DNA of 64,000 bases, from contig NC_087437.1 in the NCBI RefSeq assembly GCF_036321535.1, forward strand, positions 99,450,001-99,514,000, given 5' to 3'. The position numbers were made by a program, and so were the translations under genes. Of this stretch, positions 53,660 through 64,000 are shown piece after piece; position 1 is the first letter of the stretch; each line of letters starts with the position of its first letter. The stretch is from Camelus dromedarius (taxonomy: Eukaryota). Under the pieces are notes generated by a model. It searched no databases, had not been told where the DNA came from, and was given only the letters and a program-made list of their open reading frames with translations.

Positions 53660-54130
53660 GCTTCCACCAATTGGCAGCCTGGTTTCCCTCCACACCATTT
53701 AACTGAAACTGCTTCCTTGAAGAGTACAGATGAGTTTCTAAAAGCTAAACATGGTACTTGTGTGCATCCTTCAACAGTATTGGCCCCTCCCTTCTTCCAT
53801 GAAATGTTTACCTTTTCATAATAGCTGAGATACATTCTCTCTTGATTCTTCTGCTGCTTCCCAGAATGTTTCTTCTCATTCTCATCTTCTCTTACTTGTG
53901 TTTACATACAGGTGTTCCGTAGGTTTATTCTCTAACCATACCATGCATATATTTTGGACTATCTCAAAGGCTCCCAAAGCTTTTGTGCAGGGGACTCAAT
54001 CTTTATCTGTAATTTAAATATCCATCCTTAGCTTTAGACCTGAATTTCCCATAGATACTTCAAACTCAGTTAACTCTCAAACTAAAATCATTAACTCCCC
54101 CTTGAACATAAACTTCTTATTTCTCCTACC
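53660..54130 (+). mobile_element. L2 fragment
   Basis: 'actgaaactgct', 'cattctctcttgattcttc', 'acttcaaactcag...aaactaaaatcatt'. Confidence 0.55.
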
Positions 54131-55224
54131 CCTCCTCCTGGGCTTGGGTTGAGGTTAAATCCATTCATTAGATTCTTCCATCACACTCTGTCCTTTGCCT
54201 CCTAACTCATGCTATTCTCTTAATCTGGATGGTTCTCCCTCTCTCTTTCCACATTTGTACATGCTAATTTCTCTTTCAGGTACAGTTCAAATTCTACCTC
54301 AGTTAATCAGCTCAAAACTAATTTGAATTTCACGTTTGTAATTAACTTTGTTTTTTGTTTTATCATTAGTTGTAGACATGTCCATACTGCTTTTATCGTT
54401 GGATTATGAATCCTTCAAATGATCTTTGTGGTCCTCGTACGCCAACTCAGTGACTTACTTGACATACTGATTTGTTGAATTGACTTGAAATGAATCACCC
54501 CTGATTTGTGCTTGTTGTTGTGGTTGTTTTGTTTTATTTTGTTTAGCCAGCCATGCAAACAGCATGGTCCTCCAAGGTACGATAATGTCACACTGTAACA
54601 CAGAGGCTATTGGTATTTCTTTTTCATCCATACATCCGTTCATTCATTTATTCATTCATCCATAGTAGGGGCAGGAAAAATTAGAATGAAAGCAGCTGAA
54701 AGTCTCTAGAAAATAATTCATTTCTTCTCAGTCACTCAGAGCAATATCTTGGGCAGGTACTAAAGTAAAACTGTTTTGATCAATCCCAATATGCTGAGGT
54801 GGCAAACAAAATCACATTATTTGCAATTTACTGTTGTTCCATTAGTGATCTGCAGATCAAAAAGCTATCTGTTCTGACACTTCATTTCTGAAACTTAATG
54901 CTGTGTTTGTTTAATTTATCTAATTAGGACCTCTTAGCGCCTCAAATAGGTACTTTAAAATACACCACCACCACCCAGCTGTTAGCCTAGGGACAAAAGA
55001 ATAAATGCAAATTTAACACTTCTCAAAGGTGAATCCGCACATTTTGGTGTCTTGACAGTATTCAATAACAATCAAGTGTTCTTAGAGACTGTCTACTAAT
55101 TTGGTGATTATTTCTAAATCTCTTAATAAATACTGAAAATAGTTTTAAAAACTGACCATTATTTGAGTAAATATTTGTATGTATGTGTTAGTGTAATCTT
55201 TTATAATATAAAACTACTTTTCAG

Positions 55225-55301
55225 GGGTTTGTTACTGCTTCTGAAATAAAGAAAACTCTTGTCGAGATTTGAACAGAGAAGATAATGAAGCACACAATGT
55301 G
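55225..55301 (+). other. Candidate 77-nt non-coding / 5'UTR exon
   Basis: Acceptor 'ctacttttcag|G', donor 'GTG|gtaagt', purine-rich ESE-like 'gaacagagaagataatgaag'; stops in all three frames upstream of ATG AAG CAC ACA ATG TG. Confidence 0.55.
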
Positions 55302-56154
55302 GTAAGTGACTTGCAGATAGACTATTCTGGCAAACTATCTAATGCTCCATTATGTAGTTATCATTTGTAAGTTGCATACTTACAGAATGCATATTTACAG
55401 TAGTCACTGTTGAAGCTGTGAAACATGACCACAGTTGAATCAAACTCTGTCCACTCCTGTAAGCTTATTTTGATAAACTTGGTGTAACAGATACTTAGCT
55501 ATCAACCATGGCAGAATATTTTAATTCTGATTTTTAATCAAGGAGAATTCAAGATTGCTTATATGACTGGGACACCCGTATTTGTGCTCCTGCAACCACA
55601 GAGTTTCTCAAGATGGCATTTAGGATCATGATACTGTTTTATAAAAGAGCAAACAAAGACTTTTCAGTTTCTTAAAAATTTGTTTATACTTTAGGTTATT
55701 CATATCGATATGCAGCAGTTAAATAAATATATCTTGATGCTTAAAGGTTTCTTTTTTTTTGTATTAGTTTACAAAAGCAAGTTAGTTTTCCTAACTTTAT
55801 AAAAATCTGTAGTGTTTGGGGTTGCTCTCTTTTCTTGTTGTGTTTTCTATTATGGGTAAGTTTCTTTTTCTCTTCTCATCCTATTAAGAAGCCCTCTGGA
55901 GGGCTTCTCAAAGAATGAATGTTGGGTTGAAAGAGCAAAGGAAAGATAAGGCAAGAGAGTTCTAGAGTCACTTCTGGAGCAGGAGGAAAGACATGCTGTG
56001 TCCTCGGTCCGTCCCCACCACCATCCCACACCATCCAGGCCCAAGAAAATGTTGCATGCTGATGGTAACATAAACTAGATTTTTTTCCTACTAGTCAAAT
56101 TTCAGAAACCATTAATAGATCCTACTTTATTTAGTTAGGGCCATTCTTTTAGAC

Positions 56155-56320
56155 TAGAATTTCTCAAATTGAGATCAAAGAGTAAACTTTATATGATTAT
56201 CAATAATTCCTAAGAAATTGTATGCAGTATATTGTGTGAATAGTCCTTTTTTCCTGTAGAGATGATCAATGGGTTTTATCAATTTTTAAAGGCTCTTGGT
56301 GATGAAAAGTTTTTATCTAA
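56155..56320. mobile_element. Degraded hAT-Charlie-like fragment
   Basis: 'atttctcaaatt' start and 'tttcctgtagagatgatcaatgggttttatcaatttttaaagg' resemble old Charlie-derived MITEs. Confidence 0.35.
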
Positions 56321-59049
56321 CAAGGTTCGACTAATTTAGAACAGATGTGATTAAGATGAAAATTTTGGAAGAAGTGTGGAGTTTTGTATATTTATTTTTA
56401 TTAATATTCCAGGTGGTGTTAGCTGTAAAATTTGCACCCTCATGACTCCTTTTTAATCTTTATAAATATTTTTATAGAAATAAAAGCTATTCAAAAGAGT
56501 TTTGTTGGTACTTTCCCTTTCGTCATCCTCTAAAACCTGAACCAAATTTGAATACTTATTCTTACGGATAAAAATATATATAAAACTTCATTCACGTTTA
56601 TTTTATAGTCACTTTGCAATCCCTTATGTAGACTTTTAGTTACCCTGTGACTAAATGTATATCTTTTAAAAGACATGTTATTTTTAAAATATTCTGCCAA
56701 TATTGGACCCTGTTATATGAATATTGATCTCTATTGCCTCCAGGATTTTGGTTTTTTTCTTTGTTTAATTTGTTTGTTTTTGCTCACAGTTATAGAGGGA
56801 AACCAATTCTGACCTAGTCATGACTTTTTTTGATCTTAGCTGAAAACTATGAAAAGTATTTGCTCTGCCTCCTGTATAATATCTCTGTCCCTGCTAAGGT
56901 AGACATTGCATCCCACTTCCATTTACACTCAGGAAAATATTTATTCTTTGGTATTCCAACAGCCTGCTTTATTTTCACTGATCTCTATTAACGAAGATTC
57001 TCCATTGGCCTGTCTATACCAACTCATAACTAATTTTATCTTTTGCATTAAATATATGCACGGTAAAGGTCTAGTGCAGATATTCTGATAATTTTTTGGT
57101 AGGGGATAGGAGAGGTTATCCAGGTTTCTGATGAGCCCGAGAAGGCTCCCCATGCCAGTGCATGTTCCCATTTGATGGCGACTGTGTTTCCCACCTAGAA
57201 AATACCTGAAGCCTACTAGCTTTAGACAGTCTGCCAGAAGTACTTTTTTGTAGTATTTTTTTTCTTCACTTAGTGACTCCGTTTTCCAGGAGAATAAGTT
57301 GAAATTTGATCAGATCGATGTAGAAAGCCAACAGTTACTCTGGCTTACAGTGTTATTTCTCAGCCAGATGCTTGTCTCTTCTGCCCAGCTGCAAAATTTC
57401 TCTGTACATAGAGATCTCTTTAGTGCCAAGGGGGATAAGCGAGAAGGGATGAAAATGCAGCTGCTGTTACATGGGTGACCCCACTCACACTGACTCCTTC
57501 AGCCCGTTTTTCTTAGAATCCTCAGAGAAATGCTTTGCCTAACCACCTATCCCAACATTTAGGATTTACTTTTAAGATGGTCAGTTAATATTTCTTGAAC
57601 ATAAACTTTTGGCCAGAGTAACTGGAAATTTGAGTTTATTAAACTTTTACATACTTAACTATGGTCTACAGGGTATTTTAAACTCAGCCATTTGGCTTCA
57701 GATCTACTTTCTTACCCCCAAACATACACAGTGTGAAATGTATGAGAAGTAATTGGATAAAGCATCGTTTCCAAGTCCTCAGTATCTTATTTCTTCCCCA
57801 TAATAGTGAAAAAATATACAGTATTCTCATGATTAAACACACCAGACATAGCTGTAAGCTTGAATTTCTAGGAAAATTAAACAGAAGTGGTAATGAGTTG
57901 GAACTTAGGTCTCTAAATACCTAAGGTAATATATAAATGTATGAAAACCTAGCTTGAGAATGAGACAAAACATTATGGAATAGTTAAATGATTTACGAGA
58001 TAGCATACTATGGAACATTAGGTAACTTAAAAAAAAAAGAAAAGGAGTAGGACTATGTATGTTCCGACTTGGAAAGTTTTCTATGATATATGTTGGGGAG
58101 AAAAGTGACATAAATCAAGTTATAGCATAATATGTGTGGTAAGATCTTTCTCACAGAAAAACAAAACCTGTATCAATCATGTTATCACACATATACATAT
58201 ATACAGAAATGTAATTTCAGTTCATTTGTTTTACAAAAACAAGATAAGTCAGTACATAATTGCTCATGCAGTGGAAATGTCTTGAAAACATGACCAGTTT
58301 AGTAGTTATATCTGGGGAACAGAATGACAGAGAAAGGAAAGAACACCATCTTATTTTGTGCTTCCCAGACTCCTGTATCACTAGATTCTTTTAACCTAGA
58401 GAAAACATTACTTTTATAAAACAGCCAGCTGTGATACTTATTGAACAATTGTTTAAATGTTTGTTTTGCATGGCCTGCCATTTGGCGATTTTCTGTTTAG
58501 CAGTGTTTACTGGAAAGTCCCATCAATTTCTTCAGCAGAAATGAGTGAAATAATATTGGGTTGCTGCTGTATTCTGAGATTATATAAAACTTTGTTTCTG
58601 ATAAGAATCTATGTTGTAATTTTCTCTTTCTCGTTCACAGCAATTAGGGTAACTCCTTTTCTCTCTCATCTGTTGATTAGGATTCCTGGAGACATTACTT
58701 TCCATCAATCTGTGTCTAGTCAGTTCACCATTTCACCACCAGAGGTGTCATTCATAAACTTGCCAAAGCCTGACTTGAATGTCCCTGCCATTGCTCTGGA
58801 CCTCCCCTTAGAAGTCACCTGGAAGTAGCACTACTTCTTATTGCTCCTCCTGGCTGAGGGATCCTATTCACAAGGCTTCTTTTGGGTTAAGCTAAATTAA
58901 TCTGTTTTCCATGCAAGGAAATCTGTCAACATAGTCTAACTCCCACTTACTGGTCCCATACCTCTCATTGGGGACTGAGCTTGAAAAAGTATCAGTATTC
59001 ATATATAACTTACATCTTTTTGTACAAGAAACATGCATATGTATATATT

Positions 59050-59280
59050 CCTGGAGGAGTAGACGGTACTCGTGCAGTGGGTTTAAACAGAGTTTACCTA
59101 CTATGTTATCCTGGGGAAGCTTCTTAAACGCCCCAAGCCTTAGTTTTCTATTTCTGTTAAAAGCAAGTATATGAGAATACACAATCTATAGTATTGTTTT
59201 GAGAATTAAATGAGTAATTGAATGGAAGGTACTTGGAATAGCATCTGGCACAGGAAAGCATGAAATAAATATAAATTATT
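59050..59280 (+). mobile_element. MIR SINE
   Basis: 'ggggaagcttcttaaac...agccttagttttctatttctgttaa...ttgagaattaaatgag...gcatctggcacaggaaagc'. Confidence 0.75.
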
Positions 59281-59796
59281 TTGTTTGTTTAGAGAACAAT
59301 ATAAACCATGGTAATCCTTATTAATAAATATTTTAAAGGAATAATTAGTAATAATATTTATGATGTGTAGAATGTGCTTTGCATTGATGGCCTGTTGCAA
59401 ACCAGTAAGTGCTTATAAAATGTCTAACATTTCTGGGAAAGACATTCTGATAAACAGTAGCTGTTTAGGACAGGCTAAGTGTTTGAATAATAATAGTCGT
59501 AGCTCATTGTGATGCTTCCAAGCGCACTAGACACGTCTTAAATAGGTGACAGATTATCAAAGTGGAAAGCATACACTTGAATCTTAGTTCAATAATTTAT
59601 TTTCTAATTATAGAGTTTTCAAAAGTCACTAGCAGAAGAGAATATTAAGAGTATAGATACTGCCAACATTGGTGAATGAGGAAGTAGCATTTGCCTTGGG
59701 AAAGACAGTGATTTCCTTAGTTTAATTTCTAGCTGGACGCCAAGTTATGGGTAAGTAACCGAGCAAAAAGGTAACACCACAGTACTGAACCAGCAA

Positions 59797-60020
59797 TGAG
59801 AGAGAGAGAGGGAAAGGGGTTGTGGGGTAGGAAGGGAGGAAAGGAGAGAGAGAAAGAATGAAAGGGAGGAAGTGTGGGAAGGAGGAGGAGAGTGAAGGAA
59901 GGAAGGGAGGGAAGAAGGAAGGTTAGGAAGGGAGGGAAAAAGGAAGATTAGGAAGAGAGGGAAGAAGGAAGGAAGGAAGGAAGGTAGAAAGGTAGAAAGA
60001 CAGGCAGGCAGGCAGGCAAG
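59797..60020. repeat. GA-rich low-complexity tract with (GGAA)n and (GGCA)n
   Basis: Nearly pure purine + strand, read directly. Confidence 0.92.
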
Positions 60021-61181
60021 CAATGGAAGAAATATGAGTATAAACAAAAGGCACTCAAGTTCCCAGTTCAATACTTCTTTGTATATTCCACAAATTAGAT
60101 TGTCAAGAACTCAGCTTCTCTCAGAAATTTAGGCTATTAGCCATTTACAACTTACTTCAAATTAATTTAATCAGATTATCAGATTAGGATTTGATAATCA
60201 GATTTGATTTAGACCCTGCCCAAATCAGCCAGCTTGAGGAAAATGGAGTTTTGATTGAAAAGTGGAACTGACGAGAAGTCTGATTCTGGAGCACAGTGCC
60301 GGCTGCTGCAGGAGGAGGGGAAAGGGGTGTTCAGTGAGTGGGGAGAGCCTGGGACAGCCGGAGGGCAGCGTGAGGGCACTGGATGCCTGAGGGCTGATGA
60401 AGAGAGTTTACCAAGAGTTGAGAAGTTTCCCAAGACAAACAGCACACTCTGCACTTTGGCTGAAGGTCCCTGGTGGCAGCGCATATTCCTGTCATCTGTG
60501 CTCGTTACATTCAATCACAGTGATACTATTCGTGGGATTTAGAGGTACCACATTCTCTGAGAGGACAGCTGATGGGGTTAATACCTGCATATCTGTTGAG
60601 TTTTATGTCCTGCTGATTTTGCTTATGAACTAAAAGATATTATATCTTAGACCTTTGCTCCAAAAGGCTAGTGTAATATTAATCATGTTTTTAGCAGATT
60701 TGAGATTTTAACTCAAAAACCTCGTCAGCATTCCATATGTTACGTTTCACGTGGGCCTTGCGAAGTGTAGACTGGATACGTCAGAACTAAAATGGGCTTT
60801 TGGTTCCCACTCTTGAGCATTTCAGGCTGCTTCTGAAGGTTATAAAGTTGAAATGTAATCTGTTTCATGGTGTGGGAAATGCTGCGTTAAGAGGCCTGGC
60901 CAGACGAAAGTACAAGTCTGTTTGCCATCAATGCCTTTTTCCTGAGAGACCTACATTCCATATCAATAAATGTTACCTCTATCTTTAAGTTTCAACAAAA
61001 TTACTATTAATATATGTAATATATTAAGATATAAAATTCAATTTTGATTACCATGATTACTTTGTTTTAGATGCCAAAAAAATTGTACTGACTGTAAACA
61101 TTTAAGAGGTTAAAGTTCCATGAACCCAAAGCAGGTGCTTTAGAAAGAAAATGGGGAGATTGTGTTCAAGATAAAGAAACT

Positions 61182-61702
61182 TGTATTAATTTCCCAGGGC
61201 TGTCATAACACAGGACCACAATCTGGGTGGCTTTAAACAACCAAAATTTATTCTCTCACAGTTCTGGGGGCTGGAACTTCGAAATCAGGGTGTCAGCAGG
61301 CCATGTTCTCTCTGATGCCTTGTTTCATGCCTTTCTGTTAGCCTCTGGTAGTTGCCAGAAATCCTTGGTGGCCCTTAGTTTACAGAGCCATCTCTCCAGT
61401 CTCTGCCTTTACTGTCACCACATGCGTTGGTGATGACATTGTCCCATCAATGTATGGCATTGTCTCCATGAATTTGAGTCTTTACATGGCTGTCATCCAT
61501 TGTGTGTCTGTCTCTGAGTCCCTTCTTCTCTCCTTATAAGGCCGCTGTCATACTGGATAAGGACCCACTCTACTACAGTATGAACTGATCTTAACTGATC
61601 ACTTCTGCAATGACACTATTTCCAAATAAGTACACGTTCACAGGTACCAGGGGTTATGACTTGAACATATCTTTTTGGAGGACACAGTTCAACCTACAAA
61701 CA
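61182..61702 (-). mobile_element. MLT1C/MLT1D-like MaLR solo LTR
   Basis: 'tgtattaatttcccagggctgtcataaca...tttattctctcacagttctgggggctgg...ctatttccaaataag...ggacacagttcaacc...aca'. Confidence 0.88.
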
Positions 61703-62019
61703 GTCAAACACAGAAATAAACCAGATGACAAACATACTTAAAGCATGGTAAAGGAACAGATGCCCCAATTAAGAAATCACTTAAAATGGAGTGTTAAATT
61801 ATTCCTTTATCATATTATTCTCAAGTCTGTTAATGAGAGTATGAAATGACTCAAAAATGTCTACTCTCTGGAATCTAGTTTCTTCCTATATGTGAATTTG
61901 TATTTATTCCATAGAGTTAAATGGCTATTTTTAATTAACCTGTAAACATCTATATTGTCTATATAATTTAAAACTTCTGTTTTATTTACATTAAATATTC
62001 CACTGAGTTATTTTTCTCA

Positions 62020-62300
62020 TTAAGTAATTCATAGCACTTAAGAGTGCTTATTCAGTGCCAAGGACTCTGTGGATAACTGAGAATGAAAGGAAAGAAACAT
62101 AGTCCCCTGTTCTTAAAGTCTTGGGAGATGGATAAAAGCAAATTATGATGGAATTTTATGTTATTTAGAAGTATGCATTATACTATGGCAAGGCATAGAA
62201 AGGATGCTGAATGGGACTTTTATTGGGGAACAGTCCATACACCTTCCTGATTGAATTGAGATCCATGCTGTCTCCAGATAGAAGATGGCCAAGCAAAATA
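62020..62300 (-). mobile_element. L2 3' fragment
   Basis: 'gagtgcttattcagtgccaaggactctg...catagtcccctgttcttaaag'. Confidence 0.55.
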
Positions 62301-62499
62301 TTGGAAGTAAGGCATTACCACAAGTGCCCAGATTAAGGAGGGAACCATGACTATGAACCTAGTTTTCATGCATGGCTGCTTTGATGTGGATAGCTTATGA
62401 GAGATGTTATTAAGAGCTACACAATGATCATACCACAAAGAATGCATATAGAGTAGGTGCCTACTATATAATGACACTCAGTAAATACTACCTTACAGA

Positions 62500-62640
62500 C
62501 AATATAGACAGTGATCAGGAACATAGGCTCTGGCATCAGATTGCTTGGGTTTAATCCTAGTTTTCCATTTATTTGACCAATATTTAACTTCTCTAAACCT
62601 AATTTAAAAGTGCTCAATACATTTTAGTTATTACTGTTGC
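62500..62640 (+). mobile_element. MIR fragment
   Basis: 'ataggctctggcatcagattgcttgggtttaatcctag...tttaacttctctaaacct...gtgctcaatacatt'. Confidence 0.7.
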
Positions 62641-63121
62641 TCTTTATTTAAGATCATTCCCTATTGGTTGACTTTGAAGCACATAAGAGGCATATTCATA
62701 GGAACTTAATGTTAAATGATATAAATTGGGATCTTCTCAGAAAAGATCTGCATCTGCAAACTTTTTATTAGATCTTCTCACTTGTCATTGTTGTGTCCTA
62801 CACACTCTTTTTCTATGGAAAAAGAAACAATAAGTGAAAGAATTTTTGTCTAGTAATTCTGGCATAGTATCACAAATTTGTAAATAATTTAGTTATTGTT
62901 AGCAAATGTTGGAGTAGAACATATTATTGTTTTAAGTGGCCATCCAACGTTGTGTTATGAAGCATGTAGCATGACAAATCTATTTCTTAGTAGAGGGAAA
63001 GGAGAAGAAAAAGAAGTATGACATCTTATACCTCTTGAAGTATTTCTGAGTCCAAGTACAGTGTTTGGGGTCCAAAACTCTGATTAAGAAAGATCTGTAT
63101 ACTAAATTCTTTTTTAAATGT

Positions 63122-63688
63122 ATTTTTATTTTTCCAGCTTTATTAAGTATGCTTAACAAATTAAAAACTTTACATATTAAGGTGTAAAACATGATGTTTT
63201 GATATAAATATACCTGGTATAATGATTACCACACTCAGTCAAGCTAATTAGCACATCCATCACCTTACATAGTTACCTTTGTGTGTGTGTGTGTGTGTGG
63301 TGAAAACACTTAAGATTTACTCTCCTAGAAAATTTCAGGTATGCAGTGTATTAATATTAACTATAGTTAGTATGCTGTACATTAAATATCTAGACCTTAT
63401 TCATGTTGTAACTGAATATTTGTACCATTTGACCATTATCTCCCCACTCCTACTCAGCCCCTGACAGTCACTATTCTACTCTCTGTTTTTCTAAGTTTGA
63501 TTTTATTAGCTTCCACATATAAAAGAGATCATGTAGTATTTGTCTTACTGTGTCTGGATTATTTCACTTGGAATAATGTCCTCCAAACTCATACACGTTG
63601 TCACAAATGGCAAGATTTATTTCTTTTAAGGCTGATTAATATTCCACTTGTATATTTTTTTATCCATCCATCATTGATGGACACTTAA
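63122..63688 (-). mobile_element. L1MA8/L1MA9-like 3' end
   Basis: 'aggtgtaaaacatgatgttttgatat...caagctaattagcacatccatcacc...acttaagatttactct...catccatcattgatggacactta'. Confidence 0.85.
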
Positions 63689-63864
63689 CTTTGTTTCAAA
63701 ATTAGTCTGACTCTTAAACAGCATGTCTTATGCAATTTTCCTAAGAATAATATAATCTCTTAGATTTTGATCATTTAAGATGTCTTTCTGTTGCCTTTAT
63801 ACGTAAAATGGAATCTGGCTAGTCTATAAGTTATAACATTTTCCATGATATATTAAAGAAAAAT

Positions 63865-64000
63865 AAATTGTAAGTGGCTTAACCAATAAGGAAATTTACT
63901 GGTTCATATAACTGAAAGCAGTCATAGGTAGAGTAGGATGAATTCTGTGTTTTAATAATGTCAAGGTGCTAATTTATCTTCTCTCTCCTCTCTGTCTCCT
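63865..64000 (-). mobile_element. Old MaLR LTR fragment (truncated by window end)
   Basis: 'gtggcttaaccaataaggaaatttactggttcatataactgaaag' resembles MLT1J/K-type antisense starts. Confidence 0.45.

Noticed and set aside
58457..58828. 123-aa ORF
   Set aside because: No recognisable homology, no convincing exon boundaries; the distal part resembles degraded L2.
59745..60071. 108-aa Leu/Pro/Ser/Phe-rich ORF
   Set aside because: Translation of the GA-rich low-complexity tract.
60465..60482. CTCF-like 'gtccctggtggcagcgc'
   Set aside because: Matches only the 3' half of the core, with mismatches at the CCA and central A positions.
1..64000. CRISPR arrays, operons, tRNA/rRNA genes or a named host gene
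   Set aside because: Mammalian non-coding DNA with no repeat-spacer array, no tRNA/rRNA signatures and no coding exon I can recognise, so no gene symbol is assigned.

Overview
AT-rich, CpG-poor mammalian genomic DNA. The youngest LINE-1 3' ends look camelid-type and I see no Alu, B1, Bov-tA or PRE1 SINEs, so a camelid or related cetartiodactyl is likely (inference). No intact protein-coding gene is supportable: the ORF track is chance ORFs plus two LINE-1 ORF2 remnants at 50.6-51.1 kb. The window is a mosaic of old interspersed repeats (MIR, L2, L3, L1M, MLT1, hAT-Charlie, MADE2, two solo ERV LTRs), a few younger L1 insertions, microsatellites and repeat-poor unique blocks. Two small + strand exon candidates (53197-53256, 55225-55301) and a mild antisense bias of L1/MaLR copies suggest an intron-rich part of a large + strand gene, which I cannot name. 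The most notable structures are a ~155-bp unique-looking segment duplicated 3 kb away into a MIR, nested and 5'-inverted TE insertions, a 17-bp perfect inverted repeat, a good CTCF motif and a paired-homeodomain site cluster. I found no evidence for a new multi-gene system. Repeat names are from recall of consensus sequences and boundaries are approximate.
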